Shown: positions 1 to 10,253, numbered from the stretch's first letter. The stretch: DNA of 64,000 bases from Candidatus Latescibacterota bacterium (GCA_965116875.1 OZ220733.1:4640001-4704000); one strand, 5' to 3'. Notes: generated from the letters alone by a model not told the origin. A program made the numbers and translations.

Positions 1-2181
1 GTGGAACGACCGGTCCTGGTGCTGGCGGGGGCCGGATCCGGCAAGACGCGTGTGCTCACCCACCGACTTGCATACCTGATTGAGGCCTGCGGCGTCCATC
101 CGGGCGCGATCCTGGCCATGACGTTCACCAACAAGGCTGCGGGTGAGATGAATGGGCGCGTGGAAAAACTGTTGAACCGCAACACCGGGGGCATGTGGCT
201 GGGGACGTTCCACTCCCTGTGTGCGCGCATCCTGCGGAGGGAGTCCGGGTCCGCCGGCCTGGACTCCAATTTTGCAATTTACGACGCGGCAGATCAGCTT
301 GCGTTGTTGCGACAGGTGATTCGGGATCAGGAGATATCCGAGCGACAATTTCCTCCAAGGCGGGTTCGCGCCCGGATCAGTTCCGAGAAAAGCCGGATGG
401 TCGACCCGGTCTCTTTCGCCAACCGCGCCGGTTCCTTTAACGAGCAGCAGGTCGCCCGGATCTACCGGCAGTACCAATCAGCGCTGCAACAGAATAACGC
501 GGTGGATTTCGACGATCTGCTGATGTTGACCGTGCAGGTCTTTCGGGACGATCCGGAAGTCCTGACACGGTACCGGAACCGGTTTGAACACTGTCTGATC
601 GACGAGTATCAGGATACCAACCGGCCGCAGTACCTCTTTGCGCGTATGCTGGCGGAGGAACACGGCCGCATCTTCGTGGTTGGCGACGACGACCAGAGCA
701 TCTATGCCTGGCGTGGCGCGGACCTGGGAAATATCCTGAATTTCGAGCGGGATTTTCCGGATGCATGCGTCATCCGTCTCGAGCAGAACTACAGGTCGTC
801 ACAGGTGATTCTCGACGCGGGAAACGCGGTGATTCGCAACAATCTCGGGCGGAAGGGGAAAGAACTCTGGACGAATCGGGATCGCGGAGAACCGATTCAG
901 TTGTTTCGATGCTCGGACGAAGGGGACGAGGCCCGGCGGATCGCTCGTGAATTGAAGCGATTGAGAACGCAATACAACTACGGTGAAATCGCCGTATTGT
1001 ATCGAACGAACGCGCAATCCCGTGCACTGGAAGACGGGCTGCGATACCGGGCGATTCCGTACGTGATCGTGGGGGGCGTTCGATTCTACGAACGCCAGGA
1101 AGTCAAGGATGTGCTCGCTTACCTGAGGCTGATCGTGAATCCCAGCGATTCAGTCAGTCTTTACCGGATTGTCAATACACCGCGCCGCGGAATCGGCCAG
1201 ACCTCGCTCGAAAAACTGGTTTCCTTCGCAACGGGCGAGGGCATTGCACCCTACGAAGCGTTGTCTCGCGCCAATGCCGTCGACGGCCTGACCGCACGCG
1301 CGAGACGCGCGATGGTTGAGTTTCACGGCATGATCGAAGGGTTCCGGAGCCGGCTGGAGGTTGATTCTGCCCACCTTCTGGCGGCCAACGTCGTCGAGGA
1401 GACCGGATATCTGCAGACACTTGAGGATTTGACGCCGGCCGAGACCGTCTCCCGCTCAGAGAACGTGCAGGAACTGCTGGTGGCCATCGAGGATTTCGCG
1501 CAACGCTCGGACACCCCGTCGCTGTCGGCATTTCTGCGGGAGGTCGCGCTGGTCACCGACGTCGACCAGTGGCGCGAAGAGGCCGATGCCGTGACGCTGA
1601 TGACGCTGCACAGCGCCAAGGGGCTTGAGTTTCCTGCGGTGTTTATTGCGGGTCTGGAAGAAGGCTTGTTCCCTATTCTGCGGGATCAGGACGATCCGGT
1701 TGCCGAAGACGCGGCCGTGGAGGAGGAACGGCGGCTGTTCTACGTGGGCGTCACGAGAGCGCAGGACCGGCTCCATTTGACCTGCGCCCAGCAGCGCCGG
1801 CGTTACGGAGGAGCGACGGTCAATGCCGAATCCAGATTCCTGCGGGAGATACCGGATGGTCTGATCGTTCGTGACGGAGCCGTTCGAGAGGTTTCTCAGA
1901 CATCAAGGTCGACGAAGAGACTGAATGACCACGGCCCTGTCCCCGTCGAGGCGGGCGCCGTCGTTCAGGAGGTTTCGCCGGCATCCAGGCCCACGGACGA
2001 ATTGAATGTCGACGACCCGTTCCCCCTGGAAGCGGGCGCCGCCGTTCTCCATCCTACCTGGGGACGGGGGCACATTCTGGACCGGACGGGAAGCGGTCCC
2101 GATACGAAAATCACGGTTTCCTTTCAGAATGGTATCACAAAAAAGGTGGTCGTCCGTTTCGCCGGACTCCAACCGGGATGA
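1..2181 (+). CDS. pcrA: ATP-dependent DNA helicase PcrA/UvrD (5' end probably just outside the window)
   Basis: Walker A AGAGSGKT, TFTNKAA, DEYQDTN, VGDDDQSIY, LEQNYRS, TLHSAKGLEF, EERRLFYVGVTRA; C-terminal HPTWGRG Tudor-like domain. Confidence 0.95.
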   Translation: MERPVLVLAGAGSGKTRVLTHRLAYLIEACGVHPGAILAMTFTNKAAGEMNGRVEKLLNRNTGGMWLGTFHSLCARILRRESGSAGLDSNFAIYDAADQLALLRQVIRDQEISERQFPPRRVRARISSEKSRMVDPVSFANRAGSFNEQQVARIYRQYQSALQQNNAVDFDDLLMLTVQVFRDDPEVLTRYRNRFEHCLIDEYQDTNRPQYLFARMLAEEHGRIFVVGDDDQSIYAWRGADLGNILNFERDFPDACVIRLEQNYRSSQVILDAGNAVIRNNLGRKGKELWTNRDRGEPIQLFRCSDEGDEARRIARELKRLRTQYNYGEIAVLYRTNAQSRALEDGLRYRAIPYVIVGGVRFYERQEVKDVLAYLRLIVNPSDSVSLYRIVNTPRRGIGQTSLEKLVSFATGEGIAPYEALSRANAVDGLTARARRAMVEFHGMIEGFRSRLEVDSAHLLAANVVEETGYLQTLEDLTPAETVSRSENVQELLVAIEDFAQRSDTPSLSAFLREVALVTDVDQWREEADAVTLMTLHSAKGLEFPAVFIAGLEEGLFPILRDQDDPVAEDAAVEEERRLFYVGVTRAQDRLHLTCAQQRRRYGGATVNAESRFLREIPDGLIVRDGAVREVSQTSRSTKRLNDHGPVPVEAGAVVQEVSPASRPTDELNVDDPFPLEAGAAVLHPTWGRGHILDRTGSGPDTKITVSFQNGITKKVVVRFAGLQPG
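1882..2049 (+). repeat. Degenerate 81-bp (27-aa) in-frame tandem duplication in the PcrA C-terminal linker
   Basis: VREVSQTSRSTKRLNDHGPVPVEAGAV vs VQEVSPASRPTDELNVDDPFPLEAGAA; GAGGTTTC at 1888 and 1969. Confidence 0.75.
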
Positions 2182-2231
2182 CTCTGAGTCGTACGGACGT
2201 CCGGCAGGGCGCCTCCATTGCCAGAATCTTC

Positions 2232-2260
2232 TTGATTTCGTGTCTGATTTGGCACATATT
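2232..2260 (+). promoter_or_regulatory. Putative sigma70 promoter for gatC
   Basis: TTGATT-N17-CATATT; a similar -10 (TATATT) occurs upstream of the fdh operon and ihf. Confidence 0.4.
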
Positions 2261-2313
2261 AGCATCACAGTGAAGTCCGGATGTAACCTCAATCCATTTT
2301 CATGGGTTTTTTT

Positions 2314-2601
2314 GTGTCAATTACGCAGGAAGACGTCCGAAAGGTTGCGCAACTTGCCCGGCTGAGGTTCGACGCGGCTGAGGAAAGACGGCTGGTGGCC
2401 GACCTGAATCAGATGCTCGACTATGCGGCTGCTCTCGAGAAACTGAACACGACCGCCGTTGAGCCAACGTCCCATGTACTGCCGGTCAGTAACGTGTTTC
2501 GCGAGGATACGCCCGTTGCATCTCTGTCGCAGGCGGAGGCGCTTTCGAATGCGCCGAGTTCAGGTTACGGGCATTTCAGGGTTCCGAAAGTCATCGAATA
2601 G
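2314..2601 (+). CDS. gatC: Asp-tRNA(Asn)/Glu-tRNA(Gln) amidotransferase subunit C
   Basis: ITQEDVRKVAQLARL...VEPTSH...FRED...LSNAP...FRVPKVIE; GTG start at 2314 (ATG 2302 alternative). Confidence 0.93.
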   Translation: MSITQEDVRKVAQLARLRFDAAEERRLVADLNQMLDYAAALEKLNTTAVEPTSHVLPVSNVFREDTPVASLSQAEALSNAPSSGYGHFRVPKVIE

Positions 2602-2605
2602 GACT

Positions 2606-2638
2606 CGGCGGCGGGTTTGTCAACGCCGCCGTTGCTTT
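2606..2638 (+). terminator. Hairpin between gatC and pyrG (weak intrinsic terminator or mRNA stabiliser)
   Basis: CGGCGGCG-N10-CGCCGCCG followed by TTGCTTT. Confidence 0.45.
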
Positions 2639-2658
2639 GTGGGGCACGTGGAGGACGG

Positions 2659-4446
2659 ATGGTCAAGCGGAGAGATTACAACGGACCCAAATACATCGTC
2701 GTCGCCGGTGGTGTCATGAGCGGTGTGGGCAAGGGCCTGGCCACGGCGTCCATCGGAAAAATTCTGCAGCAGCACGGATACAAGGCAACGGGCATAAAAA
2801 TCGATCCATACCTCAATTACGACGCAGGTACCCTGCGTCCGACGGAACACGGAGAGGTGTGGGTAACCGACGACGGCGGCGAAATCGATCTCGACCTCGG
2901 GAACTACGAGAGATTCCTGGGAATCGATCTTCCGCGGACCAACAACCTGACCACCGGACAGATCTACCATACCGTGATCGAGCGGGAACGTCGCGGAGAA
3001 TATCTGGGTAAGACCGTTCAGCCGATTCCCCATATCACCGATGAAATCAAACAGCGAATTACGGATTCAGCGAAGGGATTCGATATCGCGCTGGTAGAGA
3101 TTGGCGGAACGATCGGCGACGATGAAAACCGGCCCTTTCTGTTTGCAATGAAGAGCCTCGAGCGGGAAGTCGGCGAGGAAAACGTCATCTACGTGCTGGT
3201 CACCTACCTTCCGGTACCCGGCCACGTAGGGGAGATGAAAACCAAGCCCACTCAGCATGCGATCCGGTCTTTGAGCGAGAACGGGATATTCGCGGACTTT
3301 ATCATTTGCCGCGCCGTGGAAGCACTGGACGACGTGCGGAAGCGAAAAATCGAGATCTCGGCGAATATCTCGGCGGACCGGATTATTTCGGCGCCCGACG
3401 TCGACAGCATTTATCAGGTACCGCTGGAATATGAAAAGGACCGATTGGGCGAGAAGATACTCGATGAGTTGGGCCTGGCTCCGAAAAATACGCCGGACTG
3501 GAATCGCTGGTGTGAACTGCTTGAAATGATTCGTGCTCCCAGGGAACGCGTGCGCGTGGCCATGGTGGGCAAATACGTGGGAATCGGGGACTATGAATTC
3601 CAGGATTCATATATCTCCGTCAATCAGTCACTGGAACACGCCGGCGCACTGTTGGATACGAAGGTTGAGATCGACTGGATCGACTCCACCCGCCTCGAGC
3701 ACCACGACGTCGAGGAGGTGCTTGACGGATATCACGGCATTATCGTACCGGGAGCCTTTGGGGAAGGGGGCGCTGAGGGCGCTATAAATGCCGTTCGCTA
3801 CGCCAGGGAGAATCAGGTCCCGTTCCTTGGCCTGTGCTACGGGCTGCAGATGGTCGTGGTTGAATACTCCCGCAGCGTCGCCGGATTGGGGGACGCGAAC
3901 TCCGTCGAGATGGATCCCGATACACCCCACGCGGTAATCGATATCCAGTACGCGCAGCGGCAGATCATCGAAGAAAACCGGTACGGCGGTACAATGAGGC
4001 TGGGAGGGTACGCCGCCGTATTGAGACGGGAATCCCGTGTACTGGATCTCTACGAACAAACCGGCCGGCTGGAGGAGGATTCATGGAGAATCCAGCAACT
4101 GCGGCAGCTTCCCGATCAGATGTTCAGGTGTGGTGTGATCCTGCCCAGCGAGAATGCAGTGGTTGAGCGGCATCGGCACCGTTATGAAGTCGCCCCAAAA
4201 TACGTGGACCTGTTGGAGGAGTACGGGCTGGTGTTTTCAGGATTCCATCGCAGGGAAGACGGCACCAAGTTGATGGAATTCGTGGAACTGCCCAATCATC
4301 CATATTTCATTGCAACCCAGTCACATCCGGAATTCAAGTCCCGGCTGGAACGTCCAGCGCCCCTGTTTTACGGCCTCATCAACGCGTCCATTCGCTATAC
4401 CGGAGCGGGCCGGGAGGATTCCTTGCAGATCGAGTTGGAGACATGA
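2659..4446 (+). CDS. pyrG: CTP synthase
   Basis: GGVMSGVGKG, KIDPYLN, HGEVWVTDDG, KTKPTQH, GLCYGLQ (catalytic Cys), ERHRHRYE, QSHPEF. Confidence 0.96.
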   Translation: MVKRRDYNGPKYIVVAGGVMSGVGKGLATASIGKILQQHGYKATGIKIDPYLNYDAGTLRPTEHGEVWVTDDGGEIDLDLGNYERFLGIDLPRTNNLTTGQIYHTVIERERRGEYLGKTVQPIPHITDEIKQRITDSAKGFDIALVEIGGTIGDDENRPFLFAMKSLEREVGEENVIYVLVTYLPVPGHVGEMKTKPTQHAIRSLSENGIFADFIICRAVEALDDVRKRKIEISANISADRIISAPDVDSIYQVPLEYEKDRLGEKILDELGLAPKNTPDWNRWCELLEMIRAPRERVRVAMVGKYVGIGDYEFQDSYISVNQSLEHAGALLDTKVEIDWIDSTRLEHHDVEEVLDGYHGIIVPGAFGEGGAEGAINAVRYARENQVPFLGLCYGLQMVVVEYSRSVAGLGDANSVEMDPDTPHAVIDIQYAQRQIIEENRYGGTMRLGGYAAVLRRESRVLDLYEQTGRLEEDSWRIQQLRQLPDQMFRCGVILPSENAVVERHRHRYEVAPKYVDLLEEYGLVFSGFHRREDGTKLMEFVELPNHPYFIATQSHPEFKSRLERPAPLFYGLINASIRYTGAGREDSLQIELET

Positions 4447-5009
4447 AGCCGGGCCGAACGTCACCGGTTTCGTATTCGTACAGGGTTTGCCTGTTCTTTT
4501 TACTCGCGGCAGGCTGTTCGCCGTCGTCCGGGCCCCCATCCAATCAGGCTGCCGTCCCAACACCTCCGGACCAGGAGGCATGGGGATGGAACACGGTTGT
4601 TACGCGGAACGGCCGCAAACGCGCCGAAGTCACGGCTGGACATTACAGGAAATTCGATCGGACATTTACAGGCCTCCTCGATAGCGGTGTGACTGTTTCC
4701 TTTTTCAACGGTTCCGGGCGGAAGCGAGTGTCGGAATTGACGGCGCGACAGGCGGAGATTCACGAAGAATCCGGGGATATGGTGGTCATCGGAGACGTGG
4801 TCGTGATCGCTGCCAACGGAACCCGCATGGAGACCGATACACTACGCTGGAACCGCGAGACCGAAATGATTACGGGAAACGGGCGGATGACCCTCCGGCG
4901 GCCCGATGGCGAGGAAACCGGTGAAGGGTTCGAGGCATCTTCAGATCTCACGTGGTGGAGGATGCGTCAGGTTTCAACGCGACTGGGCGGGGCGGATTCC
5001 CTCCGGTAA
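4443..5009 (+). CDS. lptC: LPS export ABC transporter periplasmic protein LptC
   Basis: Lipobox-like LAAGC, beta-jellyroll pattern (GDVVV..GTRMETDTLRW..ITG), ATGA overlap with pyrG, upstream of lptA/lptB. Confidence 0.8.
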   Translation: MKPGRTSPVSYSYRVCLFFLLAAGCSPSSGPPSNQAAVPTPPDQEAWGWNTVVTRNGRKRAEVTAGHYRKFDRTFTGLLDSGVTVSFFNGSGRKRVSELTARQAEIHEESGDMVVIGDVVVIAANGTRMETDTLRWNRETEMITGNGRMTLRRPDGEETGEGFEASSDLTWWRMRQVSTRLGGADSLR

Positions 5010-5050
5010 CTTTCTGTCTACCTGCAATCGTCGCCTTTCCTTCCTCTTGT

Positions 5051-6376
5051 ATGTTCTTCTCCCGGCTTTTACTGTGGTGTCTTCAGGCGGCGGCACATCC
5101 TGTTGACGCAACAGAACTGATCCGTGCCGACCGTAGCGAAACCATTCTGCGGGATGCGGGCGTTTTGCGGATTGAAGCGGGCGGCGTATCCTACCGGAAC
5201 ACGGAACGTGCGTTCAGCGTGAATGCGGATTCGGCGCGCCTGTGGATTCCCCATGGCGCACTGTCGCGGGCGAGGTTCTTTGGCCGGGTTACATATCGGG
5301 ATTCCGCCAGAACGCTGGTAGCCGATGCCCTGACGTATCATCCTCGAAGCGAACTGGCCAGCTTTCGGGGCGGAGTTCGGGTCATTGAACAGGACCGGCT
5401 GCTTTATGCCAGGCGCGTGACGTACCGAAAAATGGCAAACCTGCTGGAGGCCGAGGGCGCAGTTACACTGATCTACAGCCGGAAACGGATTTCGTTTCGT
5501 GCACCTGCAATGACGTATCACGTGCTGGCGGACTCAGGTTCCGGATCGGGCGGCGTTCAGGCCGTACGCGTACCCGAAACACCGGAAGATTCGCTAGACG
5601 TTCGCGCGGATTCGATGCGTTTCGCCGATCTTGGGGATCGCCTGCGATTTTCAGGCCGGGTCCGCATGGAACACGCCGGGATGCGGGCACGGGCTCCGCG
5701 TGGACGCTATTTCAGGCCGGCGGACAGGCTGGAGCTGGGCGGCGGGACTTCCGCTGCGTGGATCCAGAACAATGCAACGCGGGCCGACTCGGTGACATCG
5801 AACGCCGAACGGATGCACGTGCACGGCGCGGGTGGCAATTTGCTGGAAAAAGTCGTCCTGATCGGCGCCGCACGGCTGCAAAAGCGGGCGGTGCTGGCGG
5901 AAATGAAAGGCGGGCAGGAGGTTCAGGCCGATTCGGTTGTGCTGGGCATGGCAGAGGGCCGGATCGTCACGATCGATGCGTCCGGGGAGGCTTCAGCGAC
6001 GTTGACCACGCGCGATGGCGCCAGCGTGGACCTCAGGGGCGGTCGAATCTGCATGGACCTTGTGGACGGGAACCTGGACAGCCTGACGGTTCAAGAGGAG
6101 GGCATCGGTGCGTATGTCTCGTCGGATAGCACTGCGGTCAGTCGGATTTCGGGCGGTTCAATTGCGATTGGCTTCGAAGAAGGTGCCGTACGTGAGGTCC
6201 TGATCACGGAAACTGCCCGGTGCACCCATCGATCTGAAACCGAAAAGACCGGAGATATCCGGCTTTCGGGCGACTCCGTGAAACTGACGTTCGACGGCGG
6301 CAGGCTCACTGACGTTCACGCGGAGGGAGGGGTTCGCGGCCGATACAAGCCGGCGGAATCCGGAGATTCGCAGTGA
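5051..6376 (+). CDS. LptA/OstA-like multi-repeat beta-jellyroll protein
   Basis: Repeated ADS/ADA..Y..GGVRV motifs, signal peptide, position between lptC and lptB; start uncertain. Confidence 0.7.
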   Translation: MFFSRLLLWCLQAAAHPVDATELIRADRSETILRDAGVLRIEAGGVSYRNTERAFSVNADSARLWIPHGALSRARFFGRVTYRDSARTLVADALTYHPRSELASFRGGVRVIEQDRLLYARRVTYRKMANLLEAEGAVTLIYSRKRISFRAPAMTYHVLADSGSGSGGVQAVRVPETPEDSLDVRADSMRFADLGDRLRFSGRVRMEHAGMRARAPRGRYFRPADRLELGGGTSAAWIQNNATRADSVTSNAERMHVHGAGGNLLEKVVLIGAARLQKRAVLAEMKGGQEVQADSVVLGMAEGRIVTIDASGEASATLTTRDGASVDLRGGRICMDLVDGNLDSLTVQEEGIGAYVSSDSTAVSRISGGSIAIGFEEGAVREVLITETARCTHRSETEKTGDIRLSGDSVKLTFDGGRLTDVHAEGGVRGRYKPAESGDSQ

Positions 6377-7095
6377 TACTGAGGACACGAGACCTGGTTA
6401 AAGCATACCAGCGCCGGCGGGTGGTGGACGGCGTTTGCCTCGAGGTGAATCCGGGAGAGGTGGTGGGTCTTCTGGGTCCGAATGGCGCCGGAAAAACGAC
6501 CACGTTTCACCTGATTGTGGGCCTGATTCCGTGCAAGCAGGGCGAGATTTTCCTCGGAGACGAGGAAATAACAGGTATGCCGATGTACGTTCGGGCACGG
6601 AAAGGCATCGGCTATCTGGCCCAGGAACCCTCCGTTTTCAGAAAACTGACCGTGAAGCAAAATATCCTCGCTGTGCTGGAAACCCTTCATCTGTCACGCA
6701 TGGAACAGGAGGCCCGTTTGGAGGCGCTTCTGGACGAACTGGGACTCACGAGTCTCGCGACTCGCAGGGCGGACGGACTTTCGGGCGGTGAAGCCCGCAG
6801 ACTGGAGATTACGCGCGCGCTGGCAAGGCGTCCCCGATTCCTCCTGCTTGACGAGCCCTTTGCCGGCATCGATCCAAAGGCCGTCGAAGATATCCAGGCC
6901 ATCGTCCGCGCGCTGAAAGACCGGCGTATCGGACTCCTCATTACGGATCACAATGTTCGCGAAACCCTGGCGATTACCGACAGATCCTATATTCTCTCCG
7001 ACGGAAAGATCCTGACCTCCGGCAGCCCGACTGAACTGGCGGAAAATCCGGAAGTGCGGCGCGTTTACCTTGGGGACAGATTTCGATTGGACTGA
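6373..7095 (+). CDS. lptB: LPS export ABC ATPase LptB
   Basis: [63 protein letters not shown]. Confidence 0.95.
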   Translation: MILRTRDLVKAYQRRRVVDGVCLEVNPGEVVGLLGPNGAGKTTTFHLIVGLIPCKQGEIFLGDEEITGMPMYVRARKGIGYLAQEPSVFRKLTVKQNILAVLETLHLSRMEQEARLEALLDELGLTSLATRRADGLSGGEARRLEITRALARRPRFLLLDEPFAGIDPKAVEDIQAIVRALKDRRIGLLITDHNVRETLAITDRSYILSDGKILTSGSPTELAENPEVRRVYLGDRFRLD

Positions 7096-7325
7096 CCCGA
7101 GATAGGGATTGTCACCCGGTTCTGTTTTCCTTATTATTTCCACGAAGTGGATGGAATGGCGAACACGGGTTGAACGGACAATGACGCCTTTCCATCGGGC
7201 ATTGTCCATGTCAAACTCAACCTGATGAAATGCGGCTTGACGGCATTTCCCTTTCGCGCGATTAACCCGCCGAAGGTTCCGCCCGGTCCCCATTCGTACG
7301 TCTTTCATGGGATCCGTAAAGGCCT

Positions 7326-8795
7326 ATGATTCAACTGACCCAGACCGTTTCCCTCCAGCAGAAGCTGGCGCCACAGCTCATTCAGTCGTTGCGGCTGCTG
7401 CAGATGCCCTCGCTCGAACTGGAACAGCTGATTCAGCAGGAGTTACAGACCAATCCACTCCTGGAGGTATCGGAAGAGACAGGTCGCGAAGACGAGGAAT
7501 GGGGGATGGAGTCGGAAGGCGCGGAATCGGTCGATATCGATGCCGGGCGGAAGGAAGCTGACGATACGGATCCGCCGGACCTGGAATTTGACGAGACGGC
7601 ATCGGCCGACGGACGGATGGACGAGAATCAGTGGAACGAGTTCCTGAACGATGCCGGGTATACCGTGCCGAGGCATGAGTTCGATCCCAATGCGGAAGAG
7701 TGGGAGTACGACGGTCCCGGGCAGGAATCATTGGAGGCCGAACTGCGCGCCCAGCTCTCGCTTACGGATCTGGACGCCGGTGAACGGAAGATCGGCGAGT
7801 ACATCATCGGCAACATCGACGAAGACGGCTTCTTGCAGGCACAGATTGAGGATATCGTCGCGGTTCTTGGGTGTGAGCCGGAATCCGTGGAGCGGATCCT
7901 GGAGGTGATCCAGACGTTCGATCCGCCAGGCGTGGGCGCAAGGGATCTCCAGGAGTGCCTGGCGATCCAGCTTCGTGAGCAGGGGCTGGAGGATTCTCTT
8001 GCAATGGGCATCGTACGGGGCTATTGGGACGATCTGGTGAACCGTCGGTATATGAAGATCGGTCGGGCACTCGGCGTGGACCGGGCGGCGATTGCCCACG
8101 CCGAAAGCGTGATATCGGGCCTTAACCCCAAGCCGATGATTTACAGGGAAAGCCGTATCAATCACAATCTGGTTGTGCCCGATCTCGAGGTACAGAAGGT
8201 GGGCGACGAGTATGTCGTATCGCTGATCGACCGCAATCTTCCTGTCCTGCGGGTCAGCCCCGCATACAGAACGCTGCTCAGCAAGTCCGGAGAACCCGGG
8301 AGTCAGGCCAGGAAATTCGTCGTGGATCGCCTCAATTCCGCCCGCTGGTTCATCAGCGCGATTAACCAGCGCCGCACGACAATGCTGAAGGTCATGCGGT
8401 GTATTGTCGACAATCAACGCGCATTCTTCGACAAGGGAGTTGGCTTTCTCAAACCCATGGTGCTTCAGGAGGTCGCGGACCGGGTGGATATGCACGTTTC
8501 AACGATCAGCCGGGTGAGCAACGGGAAATACGTGCAGACGCCGCACGGTGTGTTCGAATTGAAATACTTCTTCGACGGCGGACTGGCCCGCAGCGATGGC
8601 GAAGACATCGCCGCAAGGAGCGTAAAACAGAAGATCTCCAGGTTGATTGCGGAGGAGAACACCAGAAAGCCTTTGAGTGATCAGAAAATCGCTGATTTGC
8701 TGAAAAGTGAAGGTATCGCCATTGCCCGCCGTACGGTTGCCAAGTATAGAGATCAGTTGAATATCAATCCCGCCAGGTACAGGAAGTCAATCTGA
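7326..8795 (+). CDS. rpoN: RNA polymerase sigma-54 factor
   Basis: Gln/Leu-rich region I, GVGARDLQECL, HVSTISR, RpoN box ARRTVAKYR. Confidence 0.97.
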   Translation: MIQLTQTVSLQQKLAPQLIQSLRLLQMPSLELEQLIQQELQTNPLLEVSEETGREDEEWGMESEGAESVDIDAGRKEADDTDPPDLEFDETASADGRMDENQWNEFLNDAGYTVPRHEFDPNAEEWEYDGPGQESLEAELRAQLSLTDLDAGERKIGEYIIGNIDEDGFLQAQIEDIVAVLGCEPESVERILEVIQTFDPPGVGARDLQECLAIQLREQGLEDSLAMGIVRGYWDDLVNRRYMKIGRALGVDRAAIAHAESVISGLNPKPMIYRESRINHNLVVPDLEVQKVGDEYVVSLIDRNLPVLRVSPAYRTLLSKSGEPGSQARKFVVDRLNSARWFISAINQRRTTMLKVMRCIVDNQRAFFDKGVGFLKPMVLQEVADRVDMHVSTISRVSNGKYVQTPHGVFELKYFFDGGLARSDGEDIAARSVKQKISRLIAEENTRKPLSDQKIADLLKSEGIAIARRTVAKYRDQLNINPARYRKSI

Positions 8796-9023
8796 GAAGC
8801 TGTCTGAAAATTACCGGTGGGTTCCCGAGCGGGAGCGAAAAATGGCGGTTATGAGGCGCGAGGGGCGCGCAGCGCCGGCGGGAAAATCCGCTGATGTGAG
8901 GCGAGCAAGCGCAGCTTCGATCTCGTAGGACGGGTGGGTTCGACCAACGCCGACCGGCCTGCCTGCAGCGCAGTACGCTGCGCAGGCAGGCGCGAAGACC
9001 GCTTGGGATTTTAATACAGTTTC
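8796..9023. mobile_element. MITE (non-autonomous, IS5/IS1182-like ends)
   Basis: Imperfect TIRs GAAGCTGTCTGAAAA / TTTTAATACAGTTTC, flanked by TGA on both sides (8793-8795 = rpoN stop; 9024-9026); internal palindrome CCTGCCTGC...GCAGGCAGG; no transposase. Confidence 0.65.
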
Positions 9024-9054
9024 TGAGGGTGGAAGGTCCACGCGTTCATAAGTT

Positions 9055-9111
9055 AACGACCGGCGGAATCAGAGTGTAGATTGGCAAATGCGATCGATTC
9101 CGCCGGTTGTT
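9055..9111. terminator. Long hairpin between convergent rpoN and the 9155-9940 gene
   Basis: AACGACCGGCGGAATC ... GATTCCGCCGGTTGTT followed by TATT. Confidence 0.55.
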
Positions 9112-9154
9112 TATTGTTCGTGCGTATGGTTGGACGTGCCGCGACCCGAACCGA

Positions 9155-9940
9155 CTACCCGCCGGATTGAACCGCGCTGATTTCATCCTTTGAGATCTTG
9201 TGAACACTCATTGGATTGAATGTCTGGCGTGTGCCCGATCGGAGTGCGACCTCGATCCTTCCTCCGGTCAGGACGAAAAACTGCAGCAGAAAACCTCCGC
9301 CCTGCATCGGCTCGACCTGATATTCGACGGGATCCAATCCGCCGGTCCATTCCGGAAGACATGCCCTCAAGCGGGCATCGGCACATACGGATTGCGGCAG
9401 CGCCATGACCAGCGCTCCCGGCGATTCGTCCAGGGCCTCCCCGATGGTCTCTCGTATCCTCGCAAGATAGGGAATCACCTTCCCCGCGTACCCGAAGTCG
9501 TCTTCATCATCCCGTAACGGCGGCACGATACCCCAGGTCATGTGGTGTACGAATGGATTACCGTGACCCTGGGCAAGCATATGGTCCCGGGCAGCCTCGT
9601 CCACGGGATGGACGACTGCGACGTAGTCAAACCACCCCTTGCCTCGAGCAGGGCTGTCCTCGGGCAACCCGGAGGGTACATTTATGTAGTCGTGCCCGTC
9701 AACCGGAGACGGATAGCAACGGGTGTCCCAGCCGGCGATGTAACCAATGCGTTTCAATGGGCCGGAGAGGAGATGCGGGGGATCGACGAAAATGGCGGCA
9801 TGATCCGGATTCGGCAGCAGGGAAACGCCCGCGTCGGTGATTTTTCGTGCGACGTCGAGCGCCTCGCCGAGCCGTTCGGGTGCGTTGGGGACGTCGAGTT
9901 GTTCATTGAATTTGTCCGGCAGGATGACGTATTGGGGCAT
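9155..9940 (-). CDS. Hypothetical protein; probable VOC-fold metalloenzyme resembling the HPPD catalytic domain
   Basis: AAGGAG RBS before ATG 9940; motifs PDHAAI, FVHHMTW, GFLLQFF..RIEVALR..F parallel HPPD IDH/QHIA/LLQIF..FEIIQR. Confidence 0.55.
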   Translation of the reverse strand: MPQYVILPDKFNEQLDVPNAPERLGEALDVARKITDAGVSLLPNPDHAAIFVDPPHLLSGPLKRIGYIAGWDTRCYPSPVDGHDYINVPSGLPEDSPARGKGWFDYVAVVHPVDEAARDHMLAQGHGNPFVHHMTWGIVPPLRDDEDDFGYAGKVIPYLARIRETIGEALDESPGALVMALPQSVCADARLRACLPEWTGGLDPVEYQVEPMQGGGFLLQFFVLTGGRIEVALRSGTRQTFNPMSVHKISKDEISAVQSGG

Positions 9941-10223
9941 CCTGGTCTCCTTCAAGGCAAGGACGATCGAGATCAATTGGAACTGTTGACGCGGTGAAGA
10001 GAGCGGCCGGCAGGCGCTGAAAGGAGAAACACCGACCGTACCGCGTATAATCGCGTGCGGTTTCCGCGGTGTCAAGGGGAATCCCGTTTGGGGTGATGAA
10101 GGGCGATCGGCACAGGTGTCTTTCCGCCGCGCTGAACCCAGGCAGGAGGAATTCCGCGCCGACGGGCTTTCCGGTCGCCGCCCCAAGGCAGGCACAACAG
10201 ACAAGCGTGAACGTTTTCATTTT

Positions 10224-10253
10224 CCCGGCTGCACCCCAGCCGGGGATTTTTTT
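10224..10253 (+). terminator. Intrinsic terminator-like hairpin
   Basis: CCCGGCTG-cacc-CAGCCGGG-like stem followed by a T-tract. Confidence 0.45.

Noticed and set aside
2250-2265. TGGCACATATTAGCA as a sigma54 promoter
   Set aside because: GG-GC spacing is 9, not the obligatory 10; fits a sigma70-type promoter better
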